From: Histomonas meleagridis 2922-C6/04-290x
Taxonomy: Eukaryota > Protista > Parabasalia
Assembly: GCA_020184695.1 (NCBI GenBank)
Contig: JAANOX010000062.1
Span: 1-64,000, forward strand
Reading direction: 5' to 3'
Length of the DNA stretch: 64,000 nt
Numbering within the stretch: position 1 is the stretch's first letter; each line of letters begins with the position of its first letter. Below are positions 42,601 through 53,600 of this stretch, piece by piece. A model generated the notes under the pieces. It had not been told where the DNA came from. It saw only the letters and a list, made by a program, of their open reading frames with translations, and ran no database searches. A program made the position numbers and the translations under genes.

Positions 42601-43254
42601 ATCAGTTCAACATTTGAAGGAGCATCACCACCATCATTTTTAACTGATCCATATAGTATCATAAAACGGATCAACAAACTTTATGACTATATGGAGCACC
42701 CCTATTCAAAGAAAACGTCCTCCTTTGGGGCGCCCCGCAAATCTAAACGTCTCGACGCGCCCGTTAAGCCCATTTCATTACAAAGTCTTAAAGGACTTGG
42801 CGATAACATTAAATATCCTATAGCCATTACACAAACTTCATCCATAATTGACATAGGACATATAGTATATGATCGAAAAGGATTTTCTAGTGCAAGATAT
42901 ATTTATCCAGCTGGATACAAATCATTGAGATTACATACTTCTATGAAAGATGTAACTCAAAGGGTTCCATGGATAAGTGAAATTGTTGATACTGGTGGAC
43001 CAAATCCATTGTTTAGAGTTTATATGGAAGAAGATCCATCAGTTTCATATGAAGGAGATACGCCATCTTCGCCATGGGTACAAATCCTTAAGGCAATATC
43101 CGCCAAAAAGAAGGAGAAAAAGGCGAACGCCGTCTCTGGTCCTGAGGCATATCTTCTTGCGTCGCCGATCACGTCATATTTGATACAAAAACTGCCAAAT
43201 GCAAAGTTATGTCCCGGTTATAAGTGGAAACCGATAGAAGGAGAAGAGGAATAA
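39637..43254 (+). CDS. CHD-like protein (tandem chromodomains, degenerate SNF2) with C-terminal FYRN/FYRC domain
   Basis: YFVIWYGLPVEDGTWE chromodomain; IGPYLII, LRLCSHPF; C-terminal YIYPAGYKSLR...ISEIVDTGGPNPLFRV...GDTPSSPWVQIL (FYR). ATG 39637. Confidence 0.82.
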   Translation: MSENQYSGCPYEKILQERKGADGQTEYFMKIDEKGSSESKWISKDELEKYPESKALLSQYAHSKPDGPSGQYHDSKYKKIDRILKKEDDKYFVIWYGLPVEDGTWETNVGGEPLKLFNKRISFQMPFKQGDIDVPPPNEIISLDSYENLSLREITFLNEILTCHQTCNNIIIRDYLDFPCLPTCISFLKILQTQVQEIGPYLIISDHLTQLNKMLKNVSELLPIIYTGSADSRDRLKSLFFTNDNVTFDANLVITTPSILSADKTVLSTVFYRSAIILSQNITQVFKDLHDFHIREKIFIAPTDPSPVSSELHDLISLFQDGENNELSKSCISSAKTALTQIQPSFQKMQKHGISSFVVPPIQYINCPLSDIQKKVCNWVLSKHSKSLQMAAQNVLRLCSHPFTISGVEFLLKSPDFILSSTKFTVLQKIIESCQNNFQRLLIITQFNSNLDLIIDLLDTMEIEYINLSSEFEEEEDNTDKNIILYNPRYTKSTIPIDTLNCVVIFDGETSIWRSLILKHRNSRAPIFKVTSIYQLECQDCCEQELLNLCTSSTFNERQADELMKVAYVNAHSNFNENEDPDELLNNAKTEQTISSLVNIIQNIDSNTFWNNMNENDDFQMFEPQQPKINEKFEWNVHQRNQLFRGLFRIGYSRWDIIQQINGLFLPKSVIQKVSQILLRFLAVCNGNHGFQKAKELSGVTESLEADYEFMTKTVFGKENFQGILKKHCSNLLKRVESLFSLNSALEANVNSSDFQGYRLGGAAFTDWWSEEYDKALTYITWKFGLNCYDRTPGFLEDKLADMFNHLQEGVDEKMLIDRAIHLCDASKKSQMTDEKVIETVSQRSHKLSQQNQKIIITNILNFGIDEDEKGEKDYESFAKRCKIAKCSPEDIKSYVEDLLERCNNPDIGNDIPYNSAIRITQRVAAMTQLRKIFRKYPEQEQLITFFTEAPNWRNMRKKWTPECEITYFRSLLHSGFGSLNEIIQNEDISSTFEGASPPSFLTDPYSIIKRINKLYDYMEHPYSKKTSSFGAPRKSKRLDAPVKPISLQSLKGLGDNIKYPIAITQTSSIIDIGHIVYDRKGFSSARYIYPAGYKSLRLHTSMKDVTQRVPWISEIVDTGGPNPLFRVYMEEDPSVSYEGDTPSSPWVQILKAISAKKKEKKANAVSGPEAYLLASPITSYLIQKLPNAKLCPGYKWKPIEGEEE

Positions 43255-43459
43255 ATATTATTTTCATTCGTCTTTTGTGTTACAAAGTAAATCATTTTTA
43301 TTAAAATAATATTTGTATAATTGTAATTTTTTATAGAAAGTTACGAAACAACAAAATTTCGCTCTTAAGAAAACAAAGACCTAAAAATGATTTAATATAT
43401 TTTCATAAAGATAATGAAAGTTATAATTTTGATGAAATTTCAATTGCTGCTTAATATGG

Positions 43460-43910
43460 TTCTTTGAATATCACATGGCTTTGTTCACATATGTGAATTG
43501 CTTCTGAGCTATTCCAATTTTATTTATAACATTTTTTGTTAATACAATGAAAACATATAATGAAACATATAAAATTCTCAATTTGCTTCAGATGATTTTT
43601 CGAATGATTACAAGTTCTTAAGAACATGCTATGATTAATGAAGTTAGAGATCTTAAAGATAATGTATTCAGTTGAAACAATAAACAGAGCATTTGCATCA
43701 TGTAAAAAATTAGAATATAACCAATTTCCAGAAACATCAGAATGGAATTGGAGATATTGCATTATGTGAATGTATTTCATGAATTAATATTACAATTCGT
43801 TGTAATGACATTGGTGGTAATGCATTTTCAAAATGTATAGGTTGATACAATAACTTAACCAATACAATTGGTGATCATGCATTTAATGTATATATATTTT
43901 TATTTTATTA
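43460..43910 (+). pseudogene. Decayed ankyrin + BspA-like LRR remnant
   Basis: Frame fragments HGFVHICELLLSYSN (ankyrin-like), SVETINRAFASCKKLEY, GIGDIALCECIS*INITIRCNDIGGNAFSKC and TIGDHAFN, broken by stops and shifts. Confidence 0.5.
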
Positions 43911-44562
43911 AAGCATATTTCAATTTATTTGTTTTATTTTCTGCACTTGTGTATGCGTGGGGAGTAATATACCAGAAATTTTTAACTACACTTTTTCACC
44001 AAATTATTATCGATCTCATGGCTGACACTTTTTTATTATTTATGGTAACTACCGCTAAATAACCGTTGTTAGGTTCTTAAAAAAGAATATCATTCAAAAA
44101 AGTAAACTCATTTGAAAGCACACCGATAAAAACGGAGGTTTCCTCTATGAAAAGCACTTATAAGTGCAAAATAGTCAAAAAGTCGGATAGAATTTCACGA
44201 TTTGACCTGAAAATTTGTTCAAATTGCTCAAATGCTTCCTTGTCATTTATTTTTTTTAACACACATCTATTTCCTGACCATACCAAATGAATTAGAAATG
44301 CCAATGCTCACTAAAGATTTATTATGTCAAAATACAAAATTTGACAATCGATCAATTTCACACAAAACAATAAGTTTGTTTTATTACAATCGTTCTTTTT
44401 GTCATGCCGCAAGACATAGTAATATCTTTCGGTTATTCTATAATGATTTATTTTTGAAACAAATTAATCTTTATTTTATGACTCTTAGCAATTCATTATT
44501 CCAAGTTAACGTCTTTATTCATTAATAAATTAATAAGACATTTTAACAATTTATCATCTCAA

Positions 44563-46900
44563 TTGACTCATATTTTAAATATGTACAAAAAATTATTTTT
44601 CGTATTTGATAGATTTGTTCAAGATTCTTTTTGTTTTCGTATATTACTAAACCTTATTTTTTATATGATTTATAATTTTTTGAAGATATCTTTTCAAAAT
44701 ATTCAAAATAAAGAAAAATTTAACAATAAAATTCTTTTTTTATTCTTTGTTATCTTTTTTACAGAATCGTTTGAAATATATAATTCAACAACTGGAACAC
44801 TTATTATATCTAATTCAACTGAATATGAACAAATAAATGATTTTAATGGTGCAAAACATGTTATAATCGAAGGTGGTGCTGAAGAAATAGATAATGATAC
44901 TTTCCATTTTTTCTTTTCACTAATTTCACTTGAGATTGGAGATTCAGTAGTTTCGATTTCATCATCAGCATTCTATCCGTGTGCCAGCCTTCAATATTTT
45001 AAAATATCAGAAGGAAATAAACATTTTGCAAATGATAATAATGGAATTTTATATAATAAAAATTTTACAAAACTTCTTTCTTATCCACAAGGAAACGCCA
45101 ATGAATCATTTGAAATTCCAATTTTTGTTGAAAAAGTTGGAGATTATGCATTTTGTTACACATTATTAACTAATATAACAATTCCAAACTCGGTAATATC
45201 AATTGGAAATTATGCATTTTTCCAATGTTATCACCTCAAAACAGTTTTAATTGGCGAAAATAATTGGGAGCAATGCATTTGTATGGTGTGATTCATTAGC
45301 GGAAATTGAAATTCCAAACTTAGTTACAACAATTGGAGAAAGCTCATTTTGTTGGTGTGCTTCATTAGAGAAAATTGAAATTCCAAACTTAGTTACTTCA
45401 ATCAGTAATTCTTTGTTTTATGGATGTACTAAATTGGAATTAGTTTTATTTGGTGAAAATGTGTCAACAATTGAGGATGAGGCATTTTGTTCGAGCGGAA
45501 TAACAAATATTACAATTCCTAAGTCAGTTACTTCAATTTCATTAAAAGCTTTCCATGAGTGTTCTAAACTTCAATTTATTAATGTATCAAATGAAAATAA
45601 TTTCTATTCAAATGATATTAATGGAATATTATATAACAAAAATCGAACTGCAATTATTTGTTGTCCAATTGGAATAAAGAATAAAACATTCGATATGCCA
45701 AAATCAGTTACATTAATTAGTGATTATGCATTTTGTCAATCCAAATTAGAATTAGTTAACATCAGTGAAAATGTAATAACAATTGGACAACAAGCATTTT
45801 ATGAGTCATTATTACAAAATTTAATAATTCCAAACTTAGTTACTTCAATTGAATACGGGACCTTTTATTCTTGTGAATACTTAATGGAAGTAACTATTGG
45901 TCAAAATGTAAAAACAATTGGTAACTATAGTTTTTCATTCTGTAGGATATTGTCAAATATTACAATTCCAAATTCTGTCATACATATTGAAAATTATTCC
46001 TTTAGTTGTTGTGGATTGGAAACACTTATCATTGGTGAAAATTTAAATACAATTGGAGAAGGTGCATTTACTCAATGTAGTCGTCTGCACTGTATATATT
46101 TTTTAGGATTTGAAGAACCAGCTGTGATTGCATTGAATGCATTTGATAGGATAGCAACAAGTTATGTCATGACATCTGATTTATATCAAAATGAAAAGTT
46201 TGGTACATTTTTCATATCAAAAGTAACACCTACTGAGGAATGCAATCAATTTAATTGGCCGACATATACATTTACGCAATCAAATACATATACACAGTCC
46301 GAAACTTTTTCAAATACATTTTCTCAATCAAGTACATTTACGAAATCAAATACATTTACTATGTCAAATACATTTACTATGTCAAATTCATTTTCTAGTT
46401 CAAATACATTTACAGCTTCATTACAGTTTGGAGCAACGTATATAAATACATTGATTTATACGCAAATAATTACTGAAACAATTAATTCTAAATCCATATT
46501 TACTAATACTATATCTATTTCTATGTTTGGTTCAATATATTCCTATTTTAAAACTGAATTTATATATTACGAATATATAATTATTAAATATTCATCATAT
46601 ATTATATTTTATACAGGTTTTTATACAGTTTTTAATCAAAATGATAACACGACAAATAGTAATCAAAATGAAACCATTTTAATTATATGTATTTGTATTG
46701 CGATAATTATATTTATTTCTATATTTATTATTTTACTTATTCGCATTCGTAACAAAAAACAGAGTACTAATGAATTTACAAATGAGATAGATATTAATAA
46801 TAATGATCTTTCAATGAAGAATGTTATAGATTTCTCCAATATTGAAGATGATCCATTTGCAAAAGATTTTCAAGAGAGTAAATACAATTTTAATATTTAA
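44563..46900 (+). pseudogene. BspA-like surface protein C, frameshifted near 45261
   Basis: LRR_5 repeats continue across ORFs 44563-45291 and 45251-46900, followed by SNTF stalk, TM and DDPFAKDF tail. The signal-like segment begins at ATT 44731. Confidence 0.8.
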
Positions 46901-47675
46901 GGAAGGAGACCAAATTTAAATACACTTTTCAAACAAAAATATCTTTCAACCATTTATTAATCGTATGTAGTAAAATATTAGTTTAATTTAATTTATTTTT
47001 TTTTTTTTTGTTATTTGGGAAAAAAATGGAATTTATTATTCAGAAAAAACCCTTAGATTCATGTAAAAATACATTTTTCGAAAATGAAGACGCAAATCAA
47101 AATTTTGGTTTAAGCGAATTATTTATAATGCACTGGAGAATATTCTCAAGAGAATATTATCTGGCTAAATTTTTTTGTAATCCAGAGTTGATATTCATTT
47201 TAAAATTATCAAGAATAATATTTAAGGTTATATTTAATTTCAAAAATCATATGTTTTTATAATCTGAAATTAAAAAAATGATTTTCAAAAAAATTATTCA
47301 AATCAAAAATTTAGTTAATAGGAATTGTAATGAATTTTTTGTAAAGTTGAGTGATATCATTATAATCAAATAATATTAAATATCTGCTGACATCTATTCA
47401 TTTTAAAATTAAAAAAAAAAATGAAATCGATTTCTCTAATATTAATATGTTTAATAGAATTCTTTTCTAAAACCATGAAAACCATCTAAAATAATTGTCA
47501 TTTTATAAGATATTTTATAAAAATTTTATTTAATTTTTAGTAAGATATTTTTATTCACACCTTTACTTAACTCTAAAAGTGCTCTAGGGCACCCCAATAT
47601 CTATTTTCCGTTCAAAAAGTGCCATTCCGCTAAGTGGCCGGACACCTTATTTCTGAGGATTAAAGTGGCCGAGTA

Positions 47676-47688
47676 AACCGTTTTCACT
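47676..47688 (+). promoter_or_regulatory. M3-like element (AACCGTTT) plus Inr (TCACT) of Hsp90
   Basis: Both match described T. vaginalis core promoter consensus motifs and lie 8-20 nt before ATG 47696. Confidence 0.6.
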
Positions 47689-47695
47689 TTATTTC

Positions 47696-49594
47696 ATGAG
47701 TGAACAAGTTGAAAGCTTTGAGTTTCAAGCTGAAATCAACCAATTGATGAGCCTTATCATCAATGCATTCTACACAAACAAAGAAATCTTTTTACGTGAA
47801 TTGATTTCTAACGCATCCGATAGCTTTGCGACAAGATCCGTATAGTGAATCCCTCAAGAACCCAGAACGCCTTGGTAATCAAAAGGAACTTTTCTATCAA
47901 GATTCTCCCAGACAAAGAAAACCGTGTTCTTTCAATCATTGATTCTGGTGTTGGTATGACCAAATCACACTTAATCAACAACCTTGGTACAATCGCACGC
48001 TATGACCGAATTCCTTGAAGAAAAGCGTCTTAAGGACCTTATCAAGAAGCATTCCGAATTTATCGGATATCCAATTTACCTCTATGTTGAGAAGACAAAG
48101 GAAGAAGAAGTCACTGACGATGATGACGAAGGCGAAAAGAAGGTTGAAGAAGAAGGTGAAAAGAAAGATGAAGATAAGATTGAAGAAGTTGAAGATGAAA
48201 GCAAGAAATCCGAGAAAAAGAAGAAGAAGATCACCACAGTTGAACACGAATGGGAAGTTGTCAACAAGAACAAACCACTTTGGCTTCGTAATCCATCTGA
48301 AATCACTGATGATGAGTATGCCGAATTCTACAAATCCATTTCCAATGACTGGGAGAAGCATCTTGCAGTCAAGCACTTCAAGACAGAAGGTGATGTTAAC
48401 TTCACAGTTCTCTTATTTGTTCCACGTCGTGCACCATATGACTTATTCGAGCCAAAGAAGAAGCTCAACAACATCAAATTATATGTCCGTCGTGTCTTTG
48501 TTATGGACAACTGCGAAGACCTCATTCCAGAGTACCTTAACTTCCTCAAAGGTATTGTTGATTCTGATGACTTACCACTTAACATTTCACGTGAAACACT
48601 CCAACAGAACCGTATCATCAAGCTCATCAAGAAGAACATTGTAAAGCGTGCAATCGAATTGTTCAACCAAATCGCAGAGAACAAAGAAGACTTCAAGATC
48701 TTCTATGAACAATTCTCCAAGAACATCAAACTCGGCATTCACGAAGACTCACAAAACCGCGCCAAGCTTGCCAAGTTATTACGCTTCAACTCAACACAAT
48801 CACCAGAAGAACTCACATCATTCGACGAATACATCGAAAGAATGAAAGAGAACCAAAAGGGCATCTATTGGATCTCCGGCGAATCTAAAGAAGCAGTCAT
48901 GAACTCGCCAATGCTTGAGTACTTCAGACATAAGGGAATCGAAGTGTTATTCTTAACTGACCCAATCGATGAGTATTGCTTCCAACAATTACGCGAATAC
49001 TCCGACCATAAGTTGATTTGCATCACAAAGGAGAACTGCGAAATCGATGAAACAGAAGAAGAAAAGGCCGAATTCGAAGAGTTGAAGAAGAAGTTCGAGC
49101 CAACATGCACAAAGAGTAAGGAGATCATCGGCTCCGACTGCGAGAAAGTCGTCGTGTCAAAGCGCCTCGTCGTCACACCATGCGTAATCGTTACCGGCGA
49201 GTTCGGATGGACAGCAAACTTCCAAAGGCTTATGAACGCACAAGCGCTCAGAGATAACACAATGTCATCGTACATGACACCGAAGAAGACATTGGAAATC
49301 AACGCAAAGCACCCAGTCATTGTGAAGTTGGCAAACCAATTGGAGAACGAATCAGAAGAAAAGGTCAAGGACATGCTGTCAATGCTTTGGGACACAGCGC
49401 TCTTGTCGTCCGGCTTCACGCTCGCTAACCCAGCAGGATTCAGCGCAAGAATCAATAGAATGGTCGCAGTCGCACTCGACGTAGCTGACCAACTCGAAGA
49501 ATTACCACCAATCGTAGAACCAGAAGCCGAAAAGAAGGACGATGGCGAATCAGCCGATGCTGCTGATGTTGATAAGTTTAATGATGTTGACTAA
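47696..49594 (+). pseudogene. HSP90: Cytosolic Hsp90 with 5' indels and an internal deletion in the ATPase domain (or a local mis-assembly)
   Basis: [42 protein letters not shown] from 47696, indels at ~47820-47900, then NNLGTIAR joined directly to [13 protein letters not shown] at 48001. Middle and C domains are intact through DVDKFNDVD. Confidence 0.9.
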
Positions 49595-50014
49595 ACAAAG
49601 CAATCCAACTAAGTTGTCGTTTTAAAACATTTTTGTAGTACAATTGAGAAGTTCGAATGTGTTTAATTGCTTCAGCTTTGGTATAAAACGTTGTGAAGAA
49701 TTTTGTGCATTGCTGTAATACATAGTGAAGAAATTATATGAAATATCTTTACAATAAAATTTTTAATTTGATCAGAGAATTGAGCGACACTTATGAATGA
49801 TTTAATACAGCATTAAGTTATCATAGAAATGAAATTGCACAATTACTTCAATCATCCCGAGAAAAAAGTTCGGCGATATAAAGGGACTAACTTAGCAATT
49901 GATTAAGAGAGGAAAACATTGTTTAAAAAGTGACCGAATAACGATAGGAATAAATGAATGGGAAACCGTTAGTAATAAATAAACTTTTCAAATAAAAATC
50001 ACATCAAAACTTTG

Positions 50015-50647
50015 ATGCTTAAACTATTTTTCATAATGAGCAGTGTTGTTGTTAGCACATTTTTTTGGAATAGTTCAATTGTACAGCAGATGAGGTTGAT
50101 ATGTCCAAAAGGGGAAAAATTTCGTGAATCAGATTCAATTACATCAGACTTATTATTTCCTTTTTATGGAAGCATTGCAGTTTCTATTTTTTATCCAGAC
50201 CATTTAAATGACATTGGTGTACAAAAAGTACAAAAAATGTCTGAATCATTTCCAATTTGTATAGTAATTATTTGTATATCAGTTGAAGAATCAGAACAAT
50301 ATAAACATTTTTTAATGAAAATCCCACCAAAGATATCAGCTGTTGTTTGTTTTCCACCTGAACAATTTTCTAAGCACGCGGCCGAATTTATATGGAAAAC
50401 AGTTGAAAACACTAAACCAATGAAACGAAAGTTTGATCAAATTATTGAAGAAAAGCGAAGATTAGCTATGGATCCTGACTATCAATCAACCAAAATATTT
50501 AGTTCTCTTATTAAAGACACACATAAACGAGATGAAATAATAAAAATAATGACAACACGAACAGGGACAATTCGAAAAACATTTATAGAAGAATTACCCG
50601 AAGTAATAGAAAAAGATTTTTTCTTACAACCAAAAGAAGACTATTAA
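50015..50647 (+). CDS. Hypothetical protein
   Basis: Intact ~210-codon ORF with protein-like composition; start uncertain; no family recognised. Confidence 0.6.
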   Translation: MLKLFFIMSSVVVSTFFWNSSIVQQMRLICPKGEKFRESDSITSDLLFPFYGSIAVSIFYPDHLNDIGVQKVQKMSESFPICIVIICISVEESEQYKHFLMKIPPKISAVVCFPPEQFSKHAAEFIWKTVENTKPMKRKFDQIIEEKRRLAMDPDYQSTKIFSSLIKDTHKRDEIIKIMTTRTGTIRKTFIEELPEVIEKDFFLQPKEDY

Positions 50648-50655
50648 CAATTTAT

Positions 50656-53600
50656 TTATTCATTACTAACAATCAAATCTTCCCATTCATCGTCACTACT
50701 TTGACTTTTCTTATCATAATTCTTAGCACCGAAGAATTGCAAATCTGCTCCTTTACTTCCTTTATTCTTTTTCTTTATGAATTTTTTAATAATTTTATTT
50801 ATTTGTTCTTGGAATTCTTTATCCATTGACTTATAAATTATTCGTATTAAAGGGCCGGAATTCATTGATATCAAACGAATTATTTTTATTGATTCCATTA
50901 TAATTGAATCTTTTTCATTATATTGTAATATACAACGAAAATAAAACATTATAACATTAGTTAAAAATGAATCCAAATTATCAATATAAGTTTCATATTC
51001 ATTAAGAATAAATTGAACGAAATTTGTAAAATCGAAAATTAAATTTGAATCATCATAAATATCTTCCAAATATTTATTCATTTGTTTCGAATTTAATATT
51101 CTCATTGAATCTTCTTGAAATATCCTTATGAAATGTATTAATAATTTCATTCCACCAAAATTAAAATATTCCCAAATGAATTTAGATAATGTATGAAAAT
51201 GAATTAAATTCTTTTCTTTTGCCAAAAATATTAATAATTTATGTAAAAATTCGAATTTAAATTGAAGAATTTTTTCATTATTTGGTTTCATTCGAATTAT
51301 TCCGACCATGAAATCAAAGTTATATTGTGGTGCAACATAAAATAACATAATACAAAGTGAAATAGTTTCATCGAAATTATATAAATTTTCATTAAATTTT
51401 TCGATTATAATTCCAATTAATTTTAATGCATATTTCGAAATTATTTTTTCATTTGAATTCTTTATTAAATAACACATAATTTTAGGATGAAAATTATTAT
51501 CGTTCATTAATATCATTAATTGTTTCCATGTTTCAATATTATCCTTTTGAATTGCAGCTGATGAATATATTAAAAAGTCAATGATCAATGGTTTAATTAA
51601 AGAATTTTTCTTTTGATATAAATTAAATATAAGAAAAACTGATTTACAAATTGTTTTATTTGATATTTTTTCTGGTAAATATTTAAGTATTGTAATTATA
51701 CCATTAATTGATGAAATTATTAACCAATTTTTCATATTCTTTTGTTCAATTATTTGCGTCAAAAAACGTGAAAATTGTTTTATGTCAATTATTTCTTCAT
51801 TTAATATATATTGACTCCAAATAAATGAACAAATTATATCAGAAAAAATTGATGAAAAAAGACTTTCGAATTTATTAATTTCTTTTTCATTTTTCAACAA
51901 ATTTACAAATTCTATAATTTTATTAGAAAATTGATTCATAAGTTTAGAAAGAATTGGACGAATAATTTTTAATAATTTCTCATTTTTTTGTGAAATAATA
52001 CATAACTTAGAAGCAATAGCAAAATAATTTGGAGTCAAAGAAACACATTCAGAAATCCCTTTAACAAATATATTAAAGAAATCAAAATTATCTTTTTCAT
52101 TAATATATTTCATATGAAAATCCAAAAATGTCAATAAGAATTCACAAGAATCAGAAATGTCAAATCTAGAAAAAGCAAATTTAACACAAGATAAAAATTG
52201 TATATCATAAAGTATTAATATTGGTGTACCTTCATTGACTTCTTTATCTTTAAATAACTCAATCACTTGGGTCAAAATTGGATTTGCGATATTTTGTAAA
52301 TGTAAATTTCGACTTTCGATTGAATGTGTTAAAATTGTTATAATATCATCAATTGATTCAATTAATAATGGATTCGTTTTAGCTATAATTGGAAGAATAA
52401 TTTTTGTAGTTTTAAGCATACAAATTTTAACTGATTCACATGAAGCTATTCGAACATTACCAGTTTCAGGTAAACATCCATTAGAAACACAAATTTTAAT
52501 TAATTTCGTATACATTAATAACTTTTCTTTAATTTTTGTTTTGTTTGGATTTGCAAATTTCGAAAAATTCGTTGCAATTGAACATATAAATTTCATTGCA
52601 TTTTTATCATTAGTTCTTTGTATTAATAATAATACTTTAGGTATTAACCAATCTAAATCACTTACGAAGTTAATTAATTTGATCATTTTCGAAAACGCTT
52701 TACATGCTTCGATTTGACATGACAAAGGTATTCCTTTACTTGATGGATATTTTATATTAATTTCTTTAAGAGATATTTTTAATTCTTTAAATACCGTTGA
52801 TAAACACATATAAAATGACTGTAAACAATATGGGTTTTGATAAGAAGAAATTAATTTCAAGATAATCTTAAAAAGTAATTCTAATGAATTCGATTGTAAA
52901 ATTCGTTCTTTAATTGTAACTATTAAAACATTAAAACATTTTACTATATAATATAAGTTATAAGGATTAATTGACTTATTATTACATAATAAACGTAACA
53001 AAAAATTAAGTTGTGAATCAGTGAATGGTAAATTCTTTAATTGTTCTGAATGATATTTAAACAAATTATATAACGCATGTAAAGAATATATTAAATTCGT
53101 ATTTGATATTTCATTTAATACAATAATTTCTTCAATGATTATATCATCTGTAAATTTAACATATGAAAATAATGAACTTAATATAAAGCAGACGCATTTA
53201 TTCTTTTTCCCTTTAATACAATTCATAATAATTGGAACAACTCCTTTTTTAATCGCTGATATTCGTGCGACACATTCAGCAATTAATTGAAGTTCGATAT
53301 CATTAACAATCGAAAACGCAAATTTCAAAAGAGAATAAATTATCGACTTTTTGATATATTTATGCGTAACTTCATTATTAATTAATGTCATTACTAATAC
53401 TACGGCAATAATTGAATTATTACATATGTTATTTAACCAATTGATCCATTGTATTTTCCATTGCTCAGAAATTGACATGAAAAAATTCGGAAAATTTTTC
53501 ATAAGTAAATTCGCTAAATCTTCTGATGTAATTTCAGTGAAAATTGGATACAATTTAATTTTATCATTTGTTAAATATAATAATTGCGTTTCAGTAACTA

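Noticed and set aside
48015-49455. Several 65-209 aa ORFs overlapping Hsp90 in other frames or on the opposite strand
   Set aside because: Shadow ORFs expected from GC-richer, codon-biased coding DNA; no independent motifs.
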